Shown here one piece after another: positions 9,400-16,327 of a stretch of DNA of 64,000 nucleotides. The first letter of the stretch is position 1, and every line of letters starts with the position of its first letter. The notes beneath the pieces were generated by a model. It did no database searches. It worked only from the letters and a program-made list of their open reading frames with translations, and was not told the origin of the DNA. The DNA is from an uncultured bacterium (GTDB taxonomy: Bacteria; Krumholzibacteriota; Krumholzibacteriia; LZORAL124-64-63), in NCBI GenBank assembly GCA_963732385.1, contig CAVSZB010000005.1, positions 39,742-103,741 of the forward strand, read 5' to 3'. A program made the translations under genes and the position numbers.

Positions 9400-11193
9400 C
9401 TAGTCGACCGGCAGATCGAACTGCTGTGGGCAGCGCATCACCACGGCCGCGGCCAGGAAGCGCGACACGTACTCCCGCGTCTCCTGCGGCAGACACGGCG
9501 CGTCCTTGCGCACGAGGTCCCAGAACTTCCAGCGCGACCACCAGTCGATGTTCATGCGCCGCAGGCAGGCGCGCAGCCCGTTGTCGCCCTTGTTGTAGGC
9601 GGCCACCGCGCACATGCAGTCGTTGGAACCGTAGGCGATCATCAGGTCCTGCAGGTACTGGCAGGCCGCGGTCGTGGCCCGCACCGGGTCCTTGCGCTCG
9701 TCGACGGTGTCGTCGACCCGCAGGCCGTAGTCGCGGGCGGTGCCGCGCATGAGCTGCCACATCCCCATCGCCCCGGCCGGACTCTCGATCTCGGCCTGGT
9801 AGCCGCTCTCGATGAACGGAAGGTAGCAGAAGGCCTGCGGGATCCCCTGCGCCTCGAGCTGCGAGCGCAGCATGTCCAGGTGCGGCCGCGCCCGGCGGAG
9901 CGTGCGCAGGGTGTAGTCGCGCCGGTCGACCGTCCACATCCGCACGGCGCCTTCCACCTCCGCCACCATCGTGCCCGGCAGCGCGTCCAGCCGCGTGTCG
10001 ACCCCGAACTGGGCGAAGATCCGCGACAGCTCCTCTTCCAGGCTGAAGGCCGGCGGCGGCGGGACGGCCGGCGCCGTCTCCTCGGCCGCGGTCACCTCGG
10101 GTTCCGGCGGCGGAGGCGGCGGCGGCCGCCGCCCCTCGCGCAGCTCCTGCAGCAGCGCGAACGGATCGCGGTCCCGCAGCCGATCCCGGTCGATCCGCTT
10201 GGCGGTCTCGCGCAGCGCCTCCCGCACTTCGTCGTCGCTCTGCCGGTCGGGCGGCAGCCGGTCGGCCGCGATCAGCGAGCGGATGGCGATCTCGAACTGC
10301 GCCTTGGCCACGGTGTCGTTGGGCGGCGAAGCGTCGTAGGCCACGAGCGCGTCGTCGAGGCTGCGCCGCGCCTGCTCGACGTACATGTCTTTCGTCCAGA
10401 GCCGCTCCACCCGCTCGCCCGCCGGCCGCAGCGACGGCAGCAGCAGCACCCCCACCAGCACCAGCGCCGCGATCCCCAGCACCATCGCCCCATGCACCGA
10501 AGGCACGGGACACAACTGCACGGTGAAGACGACATCGGCGAACCCGACCCGGTCCCCCACCCGCAGTACCCGCTCCTTGACCGCCTCCCCGTTGACGGAA
10601 GTGCCGTTCCTGCTCCCGGCATCGGTGAGCAGCAGCCGGTCCCCCCGCCGCTCGATCCGCGCATGCACCCCCGAGATCTGCGCCAGCGGCAGCAGCAGAT
10701 CGGCCCCCTCGTCCCGCCCGATCACGCTCAGCTTGCGCGCCAGCAGCAGCGAGGCTCCGCCCGCCCGCGTATCGCGCGACACCAGCCGCAGACAGAGCAG
10801 CCCCGCCGGATCAGGCAGCCGCCGCCCCGCCCCCCGCGCCCGCACCGGCCGCTCGAGCGAGAACACGAACTCCCGCTCCGGCCCCAGCCGCAGCACCGCG
10901 CCGTCCCGCAACGGCGCCCGCCCCACCCGCTCCCCGTCGACAAAGGTCCCGTTGGCGCTCCCCTGGTCCTCGACGAACCAGACCGCCCCCTCCTGCACCA
11001 GCTGCGCATGCCGCCGACTGAGCGCCGCATCGTCGATACAGAGATCGCACCCCGCATCCCGCCCGATCAGCAGCCGCCCCCCGGCCGGCACGCACACGTC
11101 GGCCCCGCCCGCCCGCGGACGCACCCGCGCCCCGCAGGCCGGCCGCGCCCCCGCGCGCCCCCCCGCTCTAAGTCCGCCGGAAGTGTCAGCCAT
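9400..11193 (-). CDS. FHA-FHA-TM-SLT fusion: two N-terminal FHA domains, a TM helix, poly-Pro linker and C-terminal lytic transglycosylase (SLT) domain
   Basis: FHA motifs (GRDAGCDL..SRRHA..GSANGTFV, and IGRDEGADL..SGVHA..GSRNGTSVN), a TM AMVLGIAALVLVGVLLLPSL, a PPPPPPP linker, and the SLT catalytic region ESGYQAEIESPAGAMGMWQLM...YN. Confidence 0.8.
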   Translation of the reverse strand: MADTSGGLRAGGRAGARPACGARVRPRAGGADVCVPAGGRLLIGRDAGCDLCIDDAALSRRHAQLVQEGAVWFVEDQGSANGTFVDGERVGRAPLRDGAVLRLGPEREFVFSLERPVRARGAGRRLPDPAGLLCLRLVSRDTRAGGASLLLARKLSVIGRDEGADLLLPLAQISGVHARIERRGDRLLLTDAGSRNGTSVNGEAVKERVLRVGDRVGFADVVFTVQLCPVPSVHGAMVLGIAALVLVGVLLLPSLRPAGERVERLWTKDMYVEQARRSLDDALVAYDASPPNDTVAKAQFEIAIRSLIAADRLPPDRQSDDEVREALRETAKRIDRDRLRDRDPFALLQELREGRRPPPPPPPEPEVTAAEETAPAVPPPPAFSLEEELSRIFAQFGVDTRLDALPGTMVAEVEGAVRMWTVDRRDYTLRTLRRARPHLDMLRSQLEAQGIPQAFCYLPFIESGYQAEIESPAGAMGMWQLMRGTARDYGLRVDDTVDERKDPVRATTAACQYLQDLMIAYGSNDCMCAVAAYNKGDNGLRACLRRMNIDWWSRWKFWDLVRKDAPCLPQETREYVSRFLAAAVVMRCPQQFDLPVD

Positions 11194-11195
11194 GA

Positions 11196-11627
11196 TCACG
11201 TCGCCGCAGGCAGCGGGAAACACCGGAAGAGGAACCGCGTGCCCCCCATCTGCACCCGGTCACCATCGCGCAGCGCCTGCTCGGTAATCCGCACGTCGTT
11301 CACGAGCGTCCCGTTGGTGGAGTTGAGGTCCCGCAGCACGTACTGCCCCCCCCCGAACACCACCTCCGCATGCCGACTGGAAAGGAACCGATCATCCCCG
11401 ATGATGACATCGCACCCCGCCACCGACCCGAAGCGAAGGGTCCCGGCCGTCAACCGAAAGTCCCGCCCCCGCTGCGCCCCACTGACAGCCACGAGCCACG
11501 CCACCAACTCCTGCCGCCCCACCGGACTCATGAGGACAGCCGTCTTGTCGAGATCGTCCACCGTCATCGCCCCCGGCGCCGCCACCGGCACCACAGGAGG
11601 AGGAGCAGCAGGAGGCGCAGGCGGCAC
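11196..11627 (-). CDS. FHA-domain protein (probably the C-terminal part of a zinc-ribbon/FHA protein)
   Basis: FHA signature FRLTAGTLRFGSVAGCDVIIGDDRFLSSRHAEVVFGGGQYVLRDLNSTNGTLVN. The N-terminus is a Pro/Ala-rich low-complexity stretch. Confidence 0.7.
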   Translation of the reverse strand: MPPAPPAAPPPVVPVAAPGAMTVDDLDKTAVLMSPVGRQELVAWLVAVSGAQRGRDFRLTAGTLRFGSVAGCDVIIGDDRFLSSRHAEVVFGGGQYVLRDLNSTNGTLVNDVRITEQALRDGDRVQMGGTRFLFRCFPLPAAT

Positions 11628-11690
11628 ATAGGCCGGAGGAGCCAGCAGGCGCAGCAGGAGCCGCCGGCGGAATGACCGGCCGCGCCCCGA

Positions 11691-12158
11691 TCACCGTGAT
11701 GTCATCCCCGCCCCCACCGGGTCCCCCCACCCCCGGCCCCGTCGGCACCCGACGGATCGGTTCGGAAACCGGCCGCGCCACCGGCGCATGCTCGATCCGC
11801 CGCACCGGCTCCGGCGCCCGCTGAAAAGGTTGAGGAGCAGGCGGCACCGCGCCAAGGGAGGAGGCGCAGCAGGAGCAGCCGGACAGCAGGAGCAGCCGGC
11901 CAAGTCGGCGGCCCCGCCGCCGGCGGCAGGAGACGTATAGGCAGGAGCCCCAGCCCCCGCATGAGGCGCCGGCGGCATCGGCTCCGCCGCCCGAGCCCCC
12001 CGCCCCGCCGCCGAACTCCCCCGCTCGTCATCTACAGGGATGAAATCCCCGCTAAGATCGCTCCCCCCCTCACAATAAGGACAGCTATCCCAAGACGGAT
12101 CCAGGAGATGCCCGTTCGCACAATGCCGCACCTTGTTCTTCCGCTTCCCGAACAGCAT
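11691..12158 (-). CDS. Zinc-ribbon domain protein with Pro/Ala-rich tail (probable N-terminal part of the FHA protein, split by frame changes)
   Basis: MLFGKRKNKVRHCANGHLLDPSWDSCPYCEG (CxxGH..CPYC zinc ribbon) followed by a low-complexity linker. Three overlapping frames are open across 11390-11850. Confidence 0.5.
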   Translation of the reverse strand: MLFGKRKNKVRHCANGHLLDPSWDSCPYCEGGSDLSGDFIPVDDERGSSAAGRGARAAEPMPPAPHAGAGAPAYTSPAAGGGAADLAGCSCCPAAPAAPPPLARCRLLLNLFSGRRSRCGGSSMRRWRGRFPNRSVGCRRGRGWGDPVGAGMTSR

Positions 12159-12598
12159 GCTCCCCCATCTCCCCCGCAGGACGGCCAAGCCAGCTAACTT
12201 TGTGGCTTGAGAAGGGTTCGGGGCAGTCTACCAACGGGGGTGCGGGGATTGTCAACTTACTGGGCGGAGGACTTGTTCCCAACCCAGCTTCGATCGTAAG
12301 GCCGGCGGGCAGCGTGCTCTCGCCATTTATTGCCCAGGACGCTGCTAGGATTGCCGAGATGGCTTCGAGTCACCCGTCCGCAAGCACTTCAACACGCTGA
12401 TGGCCGTGCTCATGTCGAGCCGGAACATCTGCGGAACGCAAAGCCCCAGCCAACCTACGAGGGCAGTTGATTGCAGCCAGCCCTATAGATTTACACTGCC
12501 ATGCGCTTAGACTATGCTGGTTCAGCCTTGTGGGCCAGGGGGGCCAGCGGGCTCCGTTGCAGTCACCTGATTCATGTTAACCACCGTGGGAGTGGGCA

Positions 12599-13315
12599 GT
12601 GTTTCATTGGATGATGTCGCCGCTTTCCCGACATGTCGACGGGGGCTTCGGCGCCATCGGAGACGCCTACAAGCGCGCCGCCGACAACCTGGATGAACCC
12701 GCTTCCTTAGCGAACCCGAATGGCCACTTGCCGGTGAACTTTTTGCGCCGGCATGCGATCGAGCTCTTCCTCAAATCGATGATTATGGTGCTGCATCGTT
12801 GCTTGAGCGATCCGCAAGACGAGCGCGACGGAGATGCAATGCCGGAAATACAGGTCGATGGTCGGTCGACACCCCTGTCACGCATCCATCGTATCCAGGC
12901 GCTTTTCGACTACTTTATGCAGTTGGCTACGTCTAACCGAGATCGATTTCTGGATGCCGACAAGACGGACTGGGCTAAAGTTCCGAGCGAGCTCGCCGGC
13001 TGGATAGCCGCGATTGAACGAGCAGACGCATCAAGTACTTTCTTCCGCTATCCTGAGCCGCCCAACCGTGCCGCCGTGACAGACAAGTCCGCATGGCGCG
13101 AGGTGCATCCGGAAGACATCGATGCACGGCTGAGCAGGCCAGGTCGTAGCCCTACTGGGCTCTTCATTCTCATGGGCGAGGACGAATGCGTGCGGCTTGC
13201 TTGCGCGCACGAAGGACTTCCGCTCCAGGAACTGTCATTGTCGCTGAAGCAGGCCACCGAGATGTTGTCAGGCGCTCATATCGGACTTAGGGCCGAACTT
13301 GCAGGAGGGTGGTAG
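12599..13315 (+). CDS. Hypothetical protein (238 aa), first gene of low-GC island
   Basis: GTG start with GGGAG about 6 nt upstream. GC is ~55% versus ~70% in the flanks. No recognisable motif. It lies 240 bp upstream of the DUF262 gene. Confidence 0.55.
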   Translation: MFHWMMSPLSRHVDGGFGAIGDAYKRAADNLDEPASLANPNGHLPVNFLRRHAIELFLKSMIMVLHRCLSDPQDERDGDAMPEIQVDGRSTPLSRIHRIQALFDYFMQLATSNRDRFLDADKTDWAKVPSELAGWIAAIERADASSTFFRYPEPPNRAAVTDKSAWREVHPEDIDARLSRPGRSPTGLFILMGEDECVRLACAHEGLPLQELSLSLKQATEMLSGAHIGLRAELAGGW

Positions 13316-13556
13316 TGGCCGAGAATAGCAGCATCAACGAACCGAAGGCACCGCCAGGCGATTGACCTGCGCCAGGCCAGCGCCAATCCGGCTTCGCAAG
13401 CCTTTCTTGCGAGCCATTCGCTACGTAGGTCAGAACAAGCAGAGTACCACAACCGCCCTTCGCGAATGTAAGTGCTGACATCGCAAATTACGGCGGCAGC
13501 CACCAAGTTGGATGGAATCCCGCAATCCAACAGGCACCATTCAAGGAGCATGCTGA

Positions 13557-14654
13557 GTGGAGATCGCAAAGAAACTGACTCCCACCACAAAAACTATCGA
13601 CGAACTAACCGAATTGTTCGACAACGGGCGCCTCGACCTAACGCCGGACTTTCAGAGAAACTCCGTCTGGCCTGGCCCGGCTAAAGCATATCTTGTCGAC
13701 ACCATCCTCAACGACATGCCAATCCCCCTCCTCTTCCTCACTCGAGAGAAGGACACCAATTCCAATCGCCTTCGATACCGTGTGATTGACGGGCAACAAA
13801 GAATTCGTGCCGCCATGGCTTTTCTTCACAATAGGTTCCCGATACCAAATCAATATAACCTTCAGCGCCCCAACGGCACCAAGTTCAAGCGCGTCCGGTT
13901 CCGCAATCTCTCTGAAGCGCTCAAGGAGCGCTTCATTGGGTACAGCTTCGTTGTATCTGAGCTAAGCGGATTCACGGATGAGGAGTTGCGGGACATATTT
14001 GTTCGAATCAACAAGTATGTAGTGCGCCTCAATCCCCAGGAGTTGCGGGACGCAAAGGCACCAGGCCCCTTTAGGCACTTCATCGACCAGTGTTCGCAGC
14101 GTGACATCTGGAACAAGGTCGGCATTTTCACTGGCAAGAATCGCGACCGGAAGCGCGACAAGGAGTTCATCGCTGAGTTGGCGATTCTTCTTCTCGATGG
14201 GCCGCAAGACAAGAAGGGCTCACTCGATCTCTATTACGCAGCAGTGCCCGATCAATTTTCTGGCGACGACCTCCAAGATGACCTTATCGGAACGGCCGAG
14301 ACGATTCACCAGTTGCTAGGAGCAAGCCCCCCTTCAACTCTAATTCGCCTACCTGTGTTTTATGGGCTGGTCGGCGCAATCTACAATATTCGATCAGACG
14401 AGGACGATGCGAAGAGGCTAGATGCGTCACTAACGGAAGCATATGATGCACTGGAAGAATTGTCCGACTTGGCAGATGACGTCGCTAAGGATGGTGCGGT
14501 TCCACCGGCAGACCTCACAGAGGAAGCGAAAGCCCGCCGCACTGACGCAGGGATATTTCGTCGTTCCATCAGCCAGCAGACCGACAATGTTCGGCCTCGC
14601 ACTGCGTGCATCGAGGTCCTTGAGCGCGTGATTCGATCTGCATTCGTTGAGTAG
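13557..14654 (+). CDS. DUF262 (ParB/Srx-like nuclease/NTPase fold) domain protein, 365 aa
   Basis: GTG start with AAGGAG 8 nt upstream. DUF262 motifs DFQRNSVW, AYLVDTILNDMPIPLLF and YRVIDGQQRIRA are present. No DUF1524/HNH C-terminal domain was recognised. GC is ~50%. Confidence 0.75.
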   Translation: MEIAKKLTPTTKTIDELTELFDNGRLDLTPDFQRNSVWPGPAKAYLVDTILNDMPIPLLFLTREKDTNSNRLRYRVIDGQQRIRAAMAFLHNRFPIPNQYNLQRPNGTKFKRVRFRNLSEALKERFIGYSFVVSELSGFTDEELRDIFVRINKYVVRLNPQELRDAKAPGPFRHFIDQCSQRDIWNKVGIFTGKNRDRKRDKEFIAELAILLLDGPQDKKGSLDLYYAAVPDQFSGDDLQDDLIGTAETIHQLLGASPPSTLIRLPVFYGLVGAIYNIRSDEDDAKRLDASLTEAYDALEELSDLADDVAKDGAVPPADLTEEAKARRTDAGIFRRSISQQTDNVRPRTACIEVLERVIRSAFVE

Positions 14655-14659
14655 ATGTC

Positions 14660-15655
14660 GTGCAAGACTTCATCAATCGTTACGAAGAAACCAGAGACCG
14701 CTTGGAAAGGGCAGCCCCTCGTCTTGAGGAGCAGTTAAAGACTGCTCTAAGAGATCACCGCATTCTCTTTCTTGCGGTTTCTGTACGCGTGAAGACTCTC
14801 GAGTCGGCGCTGCGCAAAATCAGCAAGAAGAAGTACAGCGATCCCTGGCAACAGATGATGGACTTGATCGCTGGGAGAATCTTTACCTATTTTCGACCGG
14901 ACGCCACCCAAGTGGAATCAGTTATCAGAGACTATTTTGATGTTCACGAGGAACACTCCAAGAACAAGTCAGATGATCTTGAATTCAACAAGTTCGGCTA
15001 CACATCCAGACACTTGGTATGTTCTCTGCGCGAGCGGTTTCCCGACCTTCGATTGAAGTCTCTAATTCCGGAAGGGATGATGTTCGAGCTTCAGATCCGA
15101 TCCGTCCTTGAACATGGATGGGCTGAGATAGAGCACGAACTGGTCTACAAGTCCGGTACGGAACCTCCAGACGCTATCCGAAGAAGATTTGCTGCCTCTG
15201 CGGCCGCACTGGAAATAGTCGAGCGCGAGTTCGACAGCCTTCGCGACTTTGAATTTCAAATGGCGGTGGATAGGTCGTTAGTCATTTCTGGCAATCTTGG
15301 TGCTCCCCTAGATAGGGCTTGGTTTATCGCCGTGCTGATGCGGGAATATCCTAGTCGCAGCACTTGGAGTCCCGATCCGCAGAAGAATGTCTTCTTCCGC
15401 AGTTATGAGCTCGTGCTCATCGAATCGCTTCGAGCGGTCGGTGTATCTACTGTTCGGGACTTTCTCAACAGGCTTCGCAAGCCAAAGCCTAGAAGAATGG
15501 TTCGCGAGTACGCTAAGAAGCGAGGGATACTCGAGGCCGACGTTTCTCATCTTCCAATCGCGATCTTCGCGACGTTTTATGACTCTGCGATCTCCATACC
15601 TGGAGAAATCAAACAAGTTGCTGACTCCACCATGCGCGAGCTACTGGCTTTATAG
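14660..15655 (+). CDS. RelA/SpoT synthetase-fold nucleotidyltransferase (small-alarmone-synthetase / toxSAS-like) with ~150-aa C-terminal extension
   Basis: Motifs VRVKTLESALRKISKK, DLIAGRIFTYF, FGYTSRHLV and ELQIRSVLEHGWAEIEHELVYK match the RelA/SpoT (PF04607) synthetase core. GTG start lies 5 nt after the DUF262 stop. GC is ~50%. Confidence 0.8.
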   Translation: MQDFINRYEETRDRLERAAPRLEEQLKTALRDHRILFLAVSVRVKTLESALRKISKKKYSDPWQQMMDLIAGRIFTYFRPDATQVESVIRDYFDVHEEHSKNKSDDLEFNKFGYTSRHLVCSLRERFPDLRLKSLIPEGMMFELQIRSVLEHGWAEIEHELVYKSGTEPPDAIRRRFAASAAALEIVEREFDSLRDFEFQMAVDRSLVISGNLGAPLDRAWFIAVLMREYPSRSTWSPDPQKNVFFRSYELVLIESLRAVGVSTVRDFLNRLRKPKPRRMVREYAKKRGILEADVSHLPIAIFATFYDSAISIPGEIKQVADSTMRELLAL

Positions 15656-15781
15656 CGGAGAAAGCCCCCACACGTGGTGCGAGGAGCTGCCTCACTCTAC
15701 GATCGGCTCCTGAGGTGGAACCGTGTCCTCGCGGCATAAGATCTCTCTGGAGGCCTGCTTGAAACGAACCAGACGATCGGG

Positions 15782-16258
15782 CAGTCGCTGGGGCTGACGG
15801 CAAGGCAGATGCGGATCGGGCGGGTGACGGTGGCCATGCGGTACGAGGCGAAGGGTGGGGAGTATTCGCGGAAGTTCAGCCACTATGAGATCTCGCAGCA
15901 GCTCAAGTTCATCGAGGAGGATGTGGCGCGGTACGATGAGTTTCGGGAGGTGCTCCTGGGAGTGCCGGGGTTGCAGGTGAATCAAGAGTTCGAGGCGAGC
16001 GGGGCGGAGTCGGCGAAGAACGACATGATGATCGAGGCACTGCGGTCGGCCAGACGGAAGGCGGAGGCGCTGGCGGCGGTCGTGGGAGCCAATGTCGGGC
16101 GGGCGATTTCGATCAGCGAGTTCAAGCCCAATCCGACGGATCGCGACATCGACACCGTGGCCTTTCTGCGCGGAGTGCCGTTCCGCGGCCCCGAGCCGGA
16201 CGGGATCGAGATCCGGGGGCGGATCTACGCCGTGTTCGAACTCGAGTAGGCAGCGGGC
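15782..16258. repeat. Direct repeat copy 1 (~477 bp, ~97% identical to 18362..18838; offset exactly 2580 bp)
   Basis: Base-by-base comparison of 15782-16258 with 18362-18838. Mismatches cluster in the first ~30 bp. Copy 1 encodes only the C-terminal 146 aa of the SIMPL protein. Confidence 0.85.
15809..16249 (+). pseudogene. Truncated duplicate of SIMPL/DUF541 gene (3' fragment, no signal peptide)
   Basis: The 146-aa translation is near-identical to residues ~102-247 of the 18086..18829 product. Confidence 0.7.
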
Positions 16259-16327
16259 GGCGTCGCTGCCCGATCTGGTGATCTTGCCGGCAGGAGCGGA
16301 CGGCGGACATTCCAAGGAGGGCACGGC

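Noticed and set aside
11600-11950. Non-coding repeat or CRISPR-like array in the Pro/Ala-rich region
   Set aside because: The periodicity is codon-level low complexity (GCN/CCN) inside a coding linker, with no spacer-repeat structure.
12189-12598. Possible tRNA or integrase attachment site at the left border of the low-GC island
   Set aside because: No T-arm-like GGTTCGAATCC-type sequence or cloverleaf was found by eye, and no integrase gene is nearby. This cannot be excluded without a tRNA scan.
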